From assembly GCA_902511735.1 (NCBI GenBank), contig CABXGK010000001.1:1-57894 (forward strand): a stretch of 57,894 nucleotides of DNA, written 5' to 3'. This stretch comes from an uncultured marine group I thaumarchaeote (lineage in GTDB: Archaea > Thermoproteota > Nitrososphaeria > Nitrososphaerales > Nitrosopumilaceae). The position numbers and the translations under genes were made by a program. The notes below the pieces were generated by a model that saw only the letters and a list, made by a program, of their open reading frames with translations, had not been told where the DNA came from and did not search any database. This document shows positions 1-10,184 of this stretch, piece by piece; the stretch's first letter is position 1, and every line of letters begins with the position of its first letter.

Positions 1-2
1 GA

Positions 3-653
3 AGTTGATGTTGTTGTTTGTTGGTATTCTTGAGTTGGAAGCTCCAATGAAGGTACTGATGGGAACTTGTCACCGATTTGTTGCTCTGCAACTGCGGATG
101 CTTCTTGAAGAATTCTATCTGTTTCTTCACTAGATGCATCTGATTCCATGTTAAATGAATCACCGGAGATTGAGTCGACCATAAGTCCGTTTAATGTCTG
201 TGTCATTGCGTTCAATTCTGAATCTGCTTCTGGCATGAATTTACCTAATGATGATTGTAGGCTCTTCATTGTACCCATTGCAGGTCCAATTGCAACCATT
301 GCATCACCGAGGTCATGAATTGTTGAGAGTCTTAATTGAACTTGTTCCAAAGACATTCTTGCACCGCCAAGCATTTTCTTTACTTTTCTAACTTCCACTA
401 GTTCATTTGATAAAACAGTGCTTGCACTTTTATCATGATTTTGAACTGCTGTGACGACACGTTGGAATAATTGTTGATCTCGTTGTTCGAGTTTTCCCAA
501 CATAGTGTCCATCTTAGAAGTTTGTGCCTGTAATTTGTTAACAGCATTCTGAATACGTGGTTTCAATGCACCTTGAGGTTTCAAGGTATCACGAAACTTG
601 TCAGTCATACCTGCTGTATCTTGACGTGCCCATGCTTTATGGAATGATGGCAT
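3..653 (-). CDS. cdvB: CdvB / ESCRT-III (Snf7-like) cell division protein, 3'-truncated by window edge
   Basis: Not in ORF track. Manual translation from ATG 653: MPSFHKAWARQDTAGMTDKFRDTLKPQGALKPRIQNAVNKLQAQ...VLSNELVEVRKVKK...QLRLSTIHDLGD...FPSVP, colinear with the paralogue at 23055-23714. Confidence 0.85.
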   Translation of the reverse strand, partial: MPSFHKAWARQDTAGMTDKFRDTLKPQGALKPRIQNAVNKLQAQTSKMDTMLGKLEQRDQQLFQRVVTAVQNHDKSASTVLSNELVEVRKVKKMLGGARMSLEQVQLRLSTIHDLGDAMVAIGPAMGTMKSLQSSLGKFMPEADSELNAMTQTLNGLMVDSISGDSFNMESDASSEETDRILQEASAVAEQQIGDKFPSVPSLELPTQEYQQTTTST

Positions 654-738
654 GTGTAGTCTCGAAAAAATTGCTCTTAATCAGAAGTGTGGAATAAGAT
701 CAACACTAGACTAAATTTAGCTAACCAATTATACATGA

Positions 739-1488
739 ATGAAGATGAAAATTGTAGTTTTTGACTCTGGATTAGGTTCTTTATCAATAATTAAAGCAAT
801 CCAAAAAAAGACAAAATCAGATATCATCTATTTGGCAGATAAAAAAAATTTTCCATACGGGAAAAAAACAAAATCTCAATTATATGAAATTGTCATGGAT
901 ACAATTGAAAAAGTTTCTGAGAGATTTAATCCGGATGTAATAGTACTTGCATCAAATACACCATCATTACTGTTTAAGAAAAAATTACCAAGTAATATAA
1001 TTACAGTTTTACCTCCACTTAAAAAAATTCAAGAAGCAAGTAATGTTGCAATACTTACAACAGAAATTGTTGCTAAAAGTAAAGAATTAGAAAATTACAT
1101 ATCAGAATTTAATAATTTAAAAGATGTTTTGAAGATTAACTGTTCAGAATTAGTTGAATTAGTGGAAAGTGGAAAATTTTTAACAGATGAAAAGAATTGT
1201 GTTAAAATTGTATTAAAAGTGCTAAAAGATGAATTTAAAGAAAATAACATAAAGATCGCTACTCTTTCTAGTACACATCTCCCATTTCTTTTACCATTTC
1301 TGAAGAAATGTTTTCGTGAAGTAGAATTTTTAGATCCAGCAGAAGAAGTAGCAATAAAAATCTCTAAATTAAAACAACAAGCATCTAAAAGAAATTCATT
1401 ATCAATTTATACGACAAAAAGTCCAAAAGCATTACAAAGAAACCTAAAAAAAATGGGAATTTCTAATAAAGTTACTCTTTTTTCTTAG
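739..1488 (+). CDS. murI: Glutamate racemase (MurI)-like Asp/Glu racemase family protein with atypical catalytic residues
   Basis: VFDSGLGSLS, DKKNFPYGKK, LASNT (canonical ACNT) and LSSTHLP (canonical GCTHYP) motifs. Confidence 0.75.
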   Translation: MKMKIVVFDSGLGSLSIIKAIQKKTKSDIIYLADKKNFPYGKKTKSQLYEIVMDTIEKVSERFNPDVIVLASNTPSLLFKKKLPSNIITVLPPLKKIQEASNVAILTTEIVAKSKELENYISEFNNLKDVLKINCSELVELVESGKFLTDEKNCVKIVLKVLKDEFKENNIKIATLSSTHLPFLLPFLKKCFREVEFLDPAEEVAIKISKLKQQASKRNSLSIYTTKSPKALQRNLKKMGISNKVTLFS

Positions 1489-2248
1489 TTTTTTTTGCTT
1501 TTCTAAAACCATGTGAAAATGATTTATCATATAATTTAGAATATTCATATGATTTTGGTTTAATTACATCTCCTATTATGACAATTGCAGTCATTTTGAT
1601 TTTTGCTTCTTTGACTTTTTTTGCAATATCTGTTAGTGTGCCAAGAATTATTTTTTGATCTTTTCTACTTGCTTTGTAAACTACAGCAACAGGTGTAGAT
1701 TTTTTGTATCCACCTTCAATTGCTTCTTTTGAAATTTTATTTAGAAGATGAACGCTGAGATAAAAAATTAATGTTGATTGATGTTTTGCAAGTTCAGAAA
1801 TTTTTTCTCGTTTAGGAACTTTAGTTCTTGATTCTGCACGCGTAATAATCATTGTTTGGGTGATTCCAGGTAAGGTTAGTTGTGTTCCAAGTGCAGCTGC
1901 AGATGCTAAAAATGATGTAACTCCGGGAACGACAATTGATTCTACATCTTCTTTTTCTAAATTATCAATTTGTTCTCTAATTGCACCATAGATAGCAGGA
2001 TCTCCATCATGTAATCTGACTACAGTTTTCCCTTTTTTTGAATTTTTTAAGAGTAAATCAAAAATTTCTTCACGTACTAGTTTTGCTGCATCATGTTTTT
2101 TGCCTTTTTTATTATATTTCAGAATTTCAGGAGGGATTAATGAGCCAGAATAAACTAAGACATCAGCTTTTTGAACAAGTTTTTTTGCTTTGATTGTAAT
2201 TAATTCAGGGTCACCAGGGCCACATCCAACAAAGTATACCTTAGACAC
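1472..2248 (-). CDS. cbiF: Precorrin-4/cobalt-precorrin-4 C11-methyltransferase (CbiF/CobM)
   Basis: VYFVGCGPGDPELIT, YSGSL, VRLHDGDPAIYGAIREQ, C-terminal YSKLYDKSFSHGFR. Confidence 0.93.
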   Translation of the reverse strand: MSKVYFVGCGPGDPELITIKAKKLVQKADVLVYSGSLIPPEILKYNKKGKKHDAAKLVREEIFDLLLKNSKKGKTVVRLHDGDPAIYGAIREQIDNLEKEDVESIVVPGVTSFLASAAALGTQLTLPGITQTMIITRAESRTKVPKREKISELAKHQSTLIFYLSVHLLNKISKEAIEGGYKKSTPVAVVYKASRKDQKIILGTLTDIAKKVKEAKIKMTAIVIIGDVIKPKSYEYSKLYDKSFSHGFRKAKKTKKKE

Positions 2249-2963
2249 GTTTTATCACCAAAATTGAGAAGTACTTTGTGGTAAGTGTATCATCATTTAC
2301 ATCGCCTAATCTTAATTTTCTAATAATTTCTTTATCTGTTCCTAAATCTTGGCCAATTGCAAATATAGAATCATCAGGGAACCCAGATTCTCTAACCAAT
2401 TCAATTACTTGATCAAAATACCTACCGTCTTTAAGAAATACTAACACTTCAGAATTTTTTGCAATTTCTTTGACAGAACTTAAATCATAACATGATGGAA
2501 TAATTGCAACTTTTTCTGCACCTTCTGCAATACTTACACCAACCTTAGATGCAAATGTAAACATAGAAACAATTCCAGGTATTACAGAAATTTTCATTTC
2601 AGGATATTTTTGGCTAATTTCTCTATGCATGTAGATCCAGGTACTGTAAAGATATGGATCGCCTACTGTCAAATAGACAACATTTTTTCCTGACAAAACT
2701 TTTTCTGCCATGATTTTTGAATTTTCTTTCCAGTGTGCTTCAAGAATGTCTTTATCTTTAGTCATTGGGAAAATCAGTTTTACAATTTCTTGATTTTTTG
2801 ATTTATCAATTAATGAATCAACTACGGATAATGCAATACTAGGTCTATCTTCTTTTGATGCTGGACACATTATGATATCAGCATTTTGAATCGCTTTTAC
2901 TGCTTTTACAGTAAGTAAATCTGGATCGCCTGGACCCACTCCGATTCCAATTAATTCAGACAT
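2241..2963 (-). CDS. cbiL: Precorrin-2 C20-methyltransferase (CbiL/CobI)
   Basis: GIGVGPGDPDLLTVKA, LIFPMTKD, LTVGDPYLYST, C-terminal KYFSIL. Confidence 0.92.
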   Translation of the reverse strand: MSELIGIGVGPGDPDLLTVKAVKAIQNADIIMCPASKEDRPSIALSVVDSLIDKSKNQEIVKLIFPMTKDKDILEAHWKENSKIMAEKVLSGKNVVYLTVGDPYLYSTWIYMHREISQKYPEMKISVIPGIVSMFTFASKVGVSIAEGAEKVAIIPSCYDLSSVKEIAKNSEVLVFLKDGRYFDQVIELVRESGFPDDSIFAIGQDLGTDKEIIRKLRLGDVNDDTLTTKYFSILVIKRV

Positions 2964-2999
2964 AAGAAAGATGAATTTATTCCCAATTAAAAAGCTAGA

Positions 3000-3590
3000 T
3001 TATTTTTTTGTTGCAGAAATGACAGTTACTGGGTTTCGTGCAAGCATCATAGTACCTGTTTTCGTTTTTCTGCTTTTTCCTATTGTAATTTGAGTGATAT
3101 CAATGGATTCAAAATCTAATTTTTCAATTGTTTGTAATACAGAATAAAGTGTTTCAATCAATATTACACCAATAACAATTCTCCCACCTGATTTGATTTT
3201 ATCTTGACATAATTCTACAATATCTTTTGTGTCACCACCAGTTCCACCAATGAATACTGTATCTGCTTGAGGCAATTCAAAGATTTTTTCTTTAGCATTT
3301 CCTTCAATTAATGTATAATTTGAAATTCCAAATTTTTTGAGATTTTTTTCTGTTAGTTCAATTGCATTAGGATCAATATCAACACCAATTACTTTTCCTG
3401 ATTCTTCAACTTGAATTGCAGCCTCTACTGTAACAGAGCCACTACCACATCCAATATCTAAAACGGTTTGCCCTGCAGAAAGTCTACCTTTACTAATTTG
3501 TATAGCACGAATCTCTTCTTTAGTAATTGGTACAGACTCTGTTCTTTCAAATTCTTCATCTGGAATGCCAGGAGTTTTTGATTTCCACAT
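3000..3590 (-). CDS. cbiT: Cobalt-precorrin-6B C15-methyltransferase (decarboxylating) CbiT
   Basis: GIPDEEF, PITKEEIRA, SAM motif DIGCGSGS, C-terminal MLARNPV. Confidence 0.93.
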   Translation of the reverse strand: MWKSKTPGIPDEEFERTESVPITKEEIRAIQISKGRLSAGQTVLDIGCGSGSVTVEAAIQVEESGKVIGVDIDPNAIELTEKNLKKFGISNYTLIEGNAKEKIFELPQADTVFIGGTGGDTKDIVELCQDKIKSGGRIVIGVILIETLYSVLQTIEKLDFESIDITQITIGKSRKTKTGTMMLARNPVTVISATKK

Positions 3591-3598
3591 TTTTTTAA

Positions 3599-4099
3599 TT
3601 ATATGCCAGGAATCATTGATTGACTAGTACCAGCATTAACTAGGGTGTAACTAAATATCCAGATAAACAAATACATGAATACAAAACTACCAATTCCCGT
3701 TGTAACATATTTTTTCCTATTTGCAATTTTAATTCTCCAAGATTTAGCAATTATTGCAGTTGCGATAAATAACATAATCATAAAACCAATTGATGTCCAA
3801 CGTTTTTCTTCAACATCAGCAATATCTTCAAATGCAAATGTGGCTATAACACCACCAGCAATTGCAACAGCAATTCTTAACCAGAATAGTCTATCTGTAA
3901 GTTTTTTTGTTGCAGATTTATCAATAGGATCTTCGGTAGGTTCAGGTTTAGATTCAGATTCCGTTGCTTCAGTAGATTCGATTGCTTCAGCAATTTCTTT
4001 TTTTTCATCTTCTGTTGCTTCAATTTCTGGAAGATCATCATTTTCATCCTTAGGATCTGGTTTTTCTGCTGAAAATTTCTTTTTCTTGAATTTTGCCAT
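3599..4099 (-). CDS. Membrane protein with acidic N-terminus and 3 C-terminal TM helices (possibly EMC6-like)
   Basis: Charged N-terminal ~65 aa, then three hydrophobic segments (LFWLRIAVAIAGGVIA..., GIGSFVFMYLFIWIFSYTL). Confidence 0.6.
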   Translation of the reverse strand: MAKFKKKKFSAEKPDPKDENDDLPEIEATEDEKKEIAEAIESTEATESESKPEPTEDPIDKSATKKLTDRLFWLRIAVAIAGGVIATFAFEDIADVEEKRWTSIGFMIMLFIATAIIAKSWRIKIANRKKYVTTGIGSFVFMYLFIWIFSYTLVNAGTSQSMIPGI

Positions 4100-4196
4100 T
4101 TGAATTCTTGAGTTGACTCAGAAATGCCTCGTTTAAAATCTTTGGCAGTCACTAGGCAATAGTAAGAGTATAATTTCGAAACAAGGGTGCATTACC

Positions 4197-6101
4197 ATGA
4201 CTCTTGCTGGAATTGAATTAGTGTATCTTGTAAAAGACATTGGAGAAAAGACTAGTGGATACTATGCAAGTAATATTTGGGGAATAAATCGAAATAGTCT
4301 TTTATTCAAATTGCATCATCCCACAAAACCAGATATCATGTTAATGGTATCCAGCATAGGAATGTGGATTACAGATAAAAAAATTGAAACAATTGAGCCA
4401 AATAAGATGCTAAGAAGATTACGTAGCGATCTTTTACGAGCAAAATTAACAAAAATTGAACAAATTGGAACAGAAAGAATTGCTTATTTCACATTTAGAA
4501 ATTTTGAAAAAGAATTCACTTTAATTGTAGAATTTTTTGGAGATGGAAATATTATTTTATGTAATGAAGAGAGAAAAATTTTAGCACTTTTACATTCAAT
4601 AGATGTAAGACATAGACAACTTCGTGTAGGATTAGAGTATAATCCACCCCCAGAAGATGGGTTAGATGTTTTAAATTTAACAAAAGAATCTTTTAGAGGA
4701 TTATTTTCTTCTAGCGGAATTGGAAAAACTATTGGTAGAGGTCTAGGGTTACCAAAAAAATATGTTGAAGAAATAATTAGATTATCAGGAATTGATTCAA
4801 AAAAACCAAGTAATGAAGTTACAGATGAAGAGTTTGAATCATTATATGAAATAATTACATCAACTCTTTCAAAAGTAACACAAGGACCACACGATCCATC
4901 TGTAATAATTGAAGATGATATACATGATGCATACCCAATTAGATTTTCAGATGATAACTTGAATGCAAAAAAGGTAGATAGTTTCAATGAAGGATTAGAT
5001 ATTGTATTTACAGAAGAAATTTTAGAAAAAGGAAAATCACTATTCAGTAGTCCTGCTGATAAGAAAATAGAATCATTAGAAAAAACTCTAAGCGAACAAA
5101 AAAATGCAATCAATGTAGTACTAGAAAAATCAAAAACAATAGCAGAAGTAGCAAATTTACTATTTGCAATGATATCACAAGGTCAACATGACATAAGAAA
5201 TGAAATCATTACTAATTCATTAAAAGAAAAAAATTCAGAAGTAATTAGCGAGAAAGGCATTCCTTACATGAAAATTAATGAATCAAAAATACAAATAGAT
5301 CCTGACTCATCTCTTCCAACAATTGCTTCAAAGTTATTTGATGAATCAAAAAAGCAAAAGGGTGCGGTAAAATCAATTGAAAAATTAATGAAAAAAACAG
5401 AAGAGAAATTGGAAAAAACAATTGAAAAAGGAGAAATTGCTAAAGGCTCAGTTGGATTCAAAGAGGTAAGAAAGAAGAGCTGGTATGAAAGGTATAGATG
5501 GTTTTTCACATCAGATGGGGTTTTGGCAGTGGGAGGAAGAGATAGCTCATCAAATAGTGCAATAATTAGAAAATATTTGGAAAAAAATGACAAAGTCTTT
5601 CATGCAGAAGTTCATGGTTCGCCGTTCTTTTTACTAAAAGCTGAAGATGAGGAATTATTACCATTAAGTTTGGAGGAAGTTGCACATGCTACAGTTTGTT
5701 TTAGTCGTGCATGGCAGATATCCGCATATGGAATGAGTAGTTTTTGGGTAAATCCAGATCAAGTGAAAAAGGGTGCGCCAACGGGTCAATCAATGGCTAA
5801 AGGCGCATTCATGATTAATGGTACAAGAAATTTTATCAAAGTTTCATCACTTAAACTCGCAGTTGGAATTTTTAAAGAAGATGAAAATTATTTGTTAGTT
5901 TGTGGCCCACCAGAACCAATTAAGAAAAAATGTCTATGCTATGCCGTTATAGAACCTGGTGGTTCAACAATGTCAGATGTTGGAAAGAAAATTAGAGCAG
6001 AATTTGATAAAACAGATGAAAATTTTAAGAAAATATTTCTAATTGATGATTATGTTAGAGCATTGCCTACTGGTTCAAGTAAAGTAACAGAAACTGGTTA
6101 G
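4197..6101 (+). CDS. rqcH: Ribosome quality control protein RqcH/Rqc2/NEMF (NFACT family)
   Basis: LIVEFFGDGNIIL, WYERYRWFFTSDG, GGRD, FHAEVHGSP, GAFMINGTRN. Confidence 0.92.
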   Translation: MTLAGIELVYLVKDIGEKTSGYYASNIWGINRNSLLFKLHHPTKPDIMLMVSSIGMWITDKKIETIEPNKMLRRLRSDLLRAKLTKIEQIGTERIAYFTFRNFEKEFTLIVEFFGDGNIILCNEERKILALLHSIDVRHRQLRVGLEYNPPPEDGLDVLNLTKESFRGLFSSSGIGKTIGRGLGLPKKYVEEIIRLSGIDSKKPSNEVTDEEFESLYEIITSTLSKVTQGPHDPSVIIEDDIHDAYPIRFSDDNLNAKKVDSFNEGLDIVFTEEILEKGKSLFSSPADKKIESLEKTLSEQKNAINVVLEKSKTIAEVANLLFAMISQGQHDIRNEIITNSLKEKNSEVISEKGIPYMKINESKIQIDPDSSLPTIASKLFDESKKQKGAVKSIEKLMKKTEEKLEKTIEKGEIAKGSVGFKEVRKKSWYERYRWFFTSDGVLAVGGRDSSSNSAIIRKYLEKNDKVFHAEVHGSPFFLLKAEDEELLPLSLEEVAHATVCFSRAWQISAYGMSSFWVNPDQVKKGAPTGQSMAKGAFMINGTRNFIKVSSLKLAVGIFKEDENYLLVCGPPEPIKKKCLCYAVIEPGGSTMSDVGKKIRAEFDKTDENFKKIFLIDDYVRALPTGSSKVTETG

Positions 6102-6481
6102 TTGAATATTTTTTCAGATTTTGTATCAAGAGTTATTTCTTTACCATTTTGTATAGAATCAAATTCTTCAGTGGAAACTACAATCATTGGAATGTTTGCT
6201 AAAGCACATCCAGATGCAACAGTAAGATCTGCTTTTTGACATATCATTGCAACAGGTGCAGAATGATGTGATTTTAATGAATAAATGGTAAAAGCACCAA
6301 CACTGCTTCCTACACCATGTGGAAATACCAAAATCGAATCTTTGATAGATTTTTCAAAAATATCATATTTTTTATCTCTAATTACTCCTGTTTGTTTATC
6401 AACTGCACCTAGAAAATTAATTGGGTTAGAAGTTTTAAGAACAGTACCTTGTGCCTTTCCTTGAACAATAATTTTACTCAT
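6098..6481 (-). CDS. Aconitase X swivel domain (DUF126); probable phosphomevalonate dehydratase small subunit
   Basis: INFLGAVD, LVFPHGVGSSVG, VASGCALANIP; adjacent to DUF521 partner. Confidence 0.82.
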   Translation of the reverse strand: MSKIIVQGKAQGTVLKTSNPINFLGAVDKQTGVIRDKKYDIFEKSIKDSILVFPHGVGSSVGAFTIYSLKSHHSAPVAMICQKADLTVASGCALANIPMIVVSTEEFDSIQNGKEITLDTKSEKIFN

Positions 6482-7641
6482 TGTGTTTCATCCTCAATAA
6501 TTTTTGCTAATGGTTTTAGATTTACACCAACTCCAGTAGAGTTTTTCAAATAATACGCACCTTTTATTGAATTAGTAGTTACAGAATCTGTTTCATTTGT
6601 ATCTATCAATGGAGTAAGACATGTACAACAATCTGATAAGATTTCACCACCTGCTCTTTCAATTTCATTTGTATAATCAAGATTACGTGCTTGATTTTGT
6701 ACCGCACGTGAACAGAAAACCATGCAACGTTTTTTGAATGATCTACCTTTAAGCATCTTTGATAAATCAGAAATTTCTTCTAGTCCAAGTTGTGGACTAC
6801 CTAATGTGATTAAATCACCTTTGTCTGTAGTGTTTAATTCATCAAAAATTTCATTCATCTCTTCTTTTCCAAAATCAACTTTTTCACTAGTATTTTCATC
6901 AGAATCAACAAACTGGAATTTAGCACATGTTCCAGAAGTTCCCATACCACCACACAAGGCTTTACAACTACGTCTATTCGGTTTTGAAACACCAGAGATG
7001 TTTACAGAAGTGTCACCAACCTTTCCTGCAAAAAATCCAAGCATTCCAAAGTCAAGTTCACTTGGATTATCCATTTTCATTCGTATAGTCATTGGTGTTG
7101 TTATCTCATCTTTGCGTAAATCAGAGTATGGAGATTTTCCAGTAATTGCACTTGCCAATGCACTAAAAGCACTTTCTTTGTTTGTTTTGAGATCACCTAA
7201 TGAATTTGCAAAGATTGCAGCGTTGCTTTCAGCAAATGAAACCTGAGTATTTTTTTCAGGCAGATCAAAGATATCATATGGAGTACAAGAAAACGTTGGG
7301 TCAACACCCATTTTGATATAAGAATCACGAATACTTGCTTGTTTTTGTACAAATTCATCATCTATGTGTTTGAATTCCGAGATATGATCAAAATCAAATC
7401 CCATTGGATTTACAGTTGTTTTTACTTTAACACGTGCATCTTTGCTTATTTCTCTGAGAAATTCTTCGCCTGCATCACCAATTGTATTGTAATTTACGCC
7501 TGATAGATGTGCCCATTCTATTGGAACAAGTCTATCTGCATTGGTTGCTTCTCCAGTGGCAACTAGAATTCTATATGCTGTTTGTAATGTTTCTCCTTGT
7601 TCACCATTTAACGCAGCTTTTTCTTCAGAAGTAAGTTCCAT
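6478..7641 (-). CDS. Aconitase X catalytic domain (DUF521); probable phosphomevalonate dehydratase large subunit (archaeal mevalonate pathway)
   Basis: AHLSGVNYNTIGDAG, FSCTPY, ESNAAIFANS, LGSPQ, DCCTC, TNSIKGAYY. Start placed at MELTSEE (7641). Confidence 0.85.
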   Translation of the reverse strand: MELTSEEKAALNGEQGETLQTAYRILVATGEATNADRLVPIEWAHLSGVNYNTIGDAGEEFLREISKDARVKVKTTVNPMGFDFDHISEFKHIDDEFVQKQASIRDSYIKMGVDPTFSCTPYDIFDLPEKNTQVSFAESNAAIFANSLGDLKTNKESAFSALASAITGKSPYSDLRKDEITTPMTIRMKMDNPSELDFGMLGFFAGKVGDTSVNISGVSKPNRRSCKALCGGMGTSGTCAKFQFVDSDENTSEKVDFGKEEMNEIFDELNTTDKGDLITLGSPQLGLEEISDLSKMLKGRSFKKRCMVFCSRAVQNQARNLDYTNEIERAGGEILSDCCTCLTPLIDTNETDSVTTNSIKGAYYLKNSTGVGVNLKPLAKIIEDETQ

Positions 7642-7692
7642 AATAATTTGAAAGGTTTTACAGATATAAGACTTGTACATAGTCTAACACGT

Positions 7693-8346
7693 ATGAAAAA
7701 GATTCTAGATGGAATGCGAAAGACGATGAATGCAGAAAAACCTCCAAGAATTACAGCATTAAGAGATTTGCATGATGCTGAAGATCATGGACCTTTTAGT
7801 ATTTTGATTGGAACAATTCTATCTGCAAGAACAAAAGATGAATCAACAACTAGAATTGTAAAAGATTTATTCAAAGTTTATAAAAATGCACGTCAATTAT
7901 CAAAAGCTAAATTAAGAGATGTTGAAAAAATTATCAAATCTATAGGATTCTATCATGTAAAAGCAGAGAGAATTATTGAAGTGGCAAAAATTATTGATTC
8001 AAAGTATAAAGGAAAAGTACCTAATGATTTGGAAAAATTAGTTGCATTACCAGGTGTTGGAAGAAAAACTGCTAACTGTGTATTAGTTTATGCGTATGAG
8101 ATTCCTGCAATACCTGTAGACATTCATGTTCATAGAATTTCAAATAGACTTGGATTAGTTAAAACAAAAACTCCTGAAGAAACAGAATTTGCCTTGATGA
8201 AAAAAGTTCCAAAGAAATACTGGCTTGATGTGAATGATACTTTTGTTATGTATGGTCAAAATATCTGTAAACCAATTTCTCCAATGTGTGGAGTTTGTAA
8301 AATTAGAAATGGGTGTAATTATTATAAAATTAATTCCGCTTCTTAG
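7693..8346 (+). CDS. nth: Endonuclease III
   Basis: HhH motif LPGVGRKTAN, VDIHVHR, 4Fe-4S motif CKPISPMCGVCKIRNGC. Start placed at MKKILDG. Confidence 0.93.
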   Translation: MKKILDGMRKTMNAEKPPRITALRDLHDAEDHGPFSILIGTILSARTKDESTTRIVKDLFKVYKNARQLSKAKLRDVEKIIKSIGFYHVKAERIIEVAKIIDSKYKGKVPNDLEKLVALPGVGRKTANCVLVYAYEIPAIPVDIHVHRISNRLGLVKTKTPEETEFALMKKVPKKYWLDVNDTFVMYGQNICKPISPMCGVCKIRNGCNYYKINSAS

Positions 8347-9001
8347 ATACTAGTAAAAATACTACAACACATCCAAGTGCACCTACTACCATAAACGGAA
8401 ATAGATGTAATGGACCTTTTGTTGGATCACCAGAGATAACCTCTAGATTCAAAAACCCAGCTGTTGTTGCAGGTGGATCTTGTGAACCTTTCATTCCCCA
8501 TACAGAATATTTTTCAACAGCAAGACTTTCAACATCAAGATTAGATATAACAATTCTTTCTCCGTTATTGATGGTTAATCCTCCCATTTCAGAATATGCT
8601 AAGATAACTTTAGCTCCTGGAAGCCAACCTCTTTCAAGTTTATCATGTAAAACAATGTATCCATCTTCAGGCATCTGAGCAGCAATCCAAAATGGTCTAT
8701 CTGGAATACCACCCATTCCTATTTCAATAAATTTACCTTCAATGTTTGCATCATACAATCTTACTACAGCAGTTCCGTCAGGATTTCCATATAGCAACTT
8801 ATTTTCTAGATTTATCTGCCAGTTTACTTCATGAATTTCATCAAATTCGACTAACACAGCATCTCTTGCAGGTTTATTGAAATCAGACCAATGAATATCA
8901 AATTTTTCCATAGAAAGAGAGTCGTTTGGTGTCATTTGTTGTCCAAATGCTGGAAAGATCATCAAAGAAGCAAAAAAGATTATTGTAATTTTATATTTCA
9001 T
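8330..9001 (-). CDS. Hypothetical exported protein with C-terminal membrane anchor
   Basis: Signal-peptide-like N-terminus (ending PAFG); C-terminal hydrophobic helix followed by KKRN. Confidence 0.7.
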   Translation of the reverse strand: MKYKITIIFFASLMIFPAFGQQMTPNDSLSMEKFDIHWSDFNKPARDAVLVEFDEIHEVNWQINLENKLLYGNPDGTAVVRLYDANIEGKFIEIGMGGIPDRPFWIAAQMPEDGYIVLHDKLERGWLPGAKVILAYSEMGGLTINNGERIVISNLDVESLAVEKYSVWGMKGSQDPPATTAGFLNLEVISGDPTKGPLHLFPFMVVGALGCVVVFLLVSKKRN

Positions 9002-9031
9002 AAACTAAATTCTTCAGAACTTGATAAAAAG

Positions 9032-10165
9032 CTACTCAACAAATGGCTTATCATAATCAATGATTACTTTAGCAACTTCAGGTCTTAAAATAAATTCTGA
9101 TGGAGATTCACCATTATTTATCATCTCTCGCATTTTTGTTCCAGATATTTGTTCTCTGTCATCTGCATCATGTGGACAAACATTTGGATTTGTGAATGTA
9201 AGACATTTTCTACAGTAGAAGAATGCAGGGAAAAAGATTGGTTCAATTTCAAGTTCTGGGTAATCATCAAATATTTTGTGTGCTGCAAATGGATCATAAA
9301 AATTTCCAACACCTGCATGATCTCTTCCTATGATAATGTGTGTACACCCATAATTTTGACGCATAATAGCATGATGAATTGCTTCTCGAGGTCCAGCATA
9401 CTTCATTTCTGTGTGTAATGTTGCTAGTTGACATTTGTTTTCAGGATAATAATTTTCAATCATTGCTTCATATGCTTTAACAATAATTTCATCTTTAAAG
9501 TCACCAGATTTTTTCTTTCCAATTAATGGATTTACAAACACACCATCTCTAGTTATAATTGAATTTTTTTGTAGCATTTCATGTGCTACGTGTGGTGGAT
9601 TTCTAGTTTGAAATGCAACAATAGTTTTCCAACCTGCTTTTTCAAATGACTCTCTTGTTTGAGTTGGAGTCATTCTATGTTTTCTGATTTCAGTCTCATT
9701 TTGTCTTTTAATATAATCAATTTTTCCACCAACAAGGAAATCTTTCATTGAGTTGGTTTTTGCAACACCTGGATGTGAGTCATCATTAGTTCCATAGACT
9801 CCATTCATTGTAGCTTGTTTATCGTAAGAGTAAACATCTTCTACATGTAATACAGCAATTCCTGTTCCATCTGGATTTTTTAGTAAAACATCTCCTGCAT
9901 CTTTCATTTTTTTGCCTGTATTATCATCAACATCTAATACAGTTGGAATTGTCCATGCAGTACCATTTGCAAGTCTACCTTTTGAGATAACAGATTCAAA
10001 ATCTTGTTGATTGAGAAATCCCTCTAATGGTGAGAAAATTCCATCTGCAATATTCTCTACATCATTTGCCAAATCTGCAGAGATATCAATTGACATTAAT
10101 CCGGATGGATCAACATCTTTGATTCGATTTACTAATTTTCCGCCATGTGCATTAATCAATATCAA
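9032..10165 (-). CDS. sat: Sulfate adenylyltransferase (ATP sulfurylase)
   Basis: [50 protein letters not shown]; TTG start. Confidence 0.95.
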   Translation of the reverse strand: MILINAHGGKLVNRIKDVDPSGLMSIDISADLANDVENIADGIFSPLEGFLNQQDFESVISKGRLANGTAWTIPTVLDVDDNTGKKMKDAGDVLLKNPDGTGIAVLHVEDVYSYDKQATMNGVYGTNDDSHPGVAKTNSMKDFLVGGKIDYIKRQNETEIRKHRMTPTQTRESFEKAGWKTIVAFQTRNPPHVAHEMLQKNSIITRDGVFVNPLIGKKKSGDFKDEIIVKAYEAMIENYYPENKCQLATLHTEMKYAGPREAIHHAIMRQNYGCTHIIIGRDHAGVGNFYDPFAAHKIFDDYPELEIEPIFFPAFFYCRKCLTFTNPNVCPHDADDREQISGTKMREMINNGESPSEFILRPEVAKVIIDYDKPFVE

Positions 10166-10184
10166 ACGATTTTGTATGATTAAT

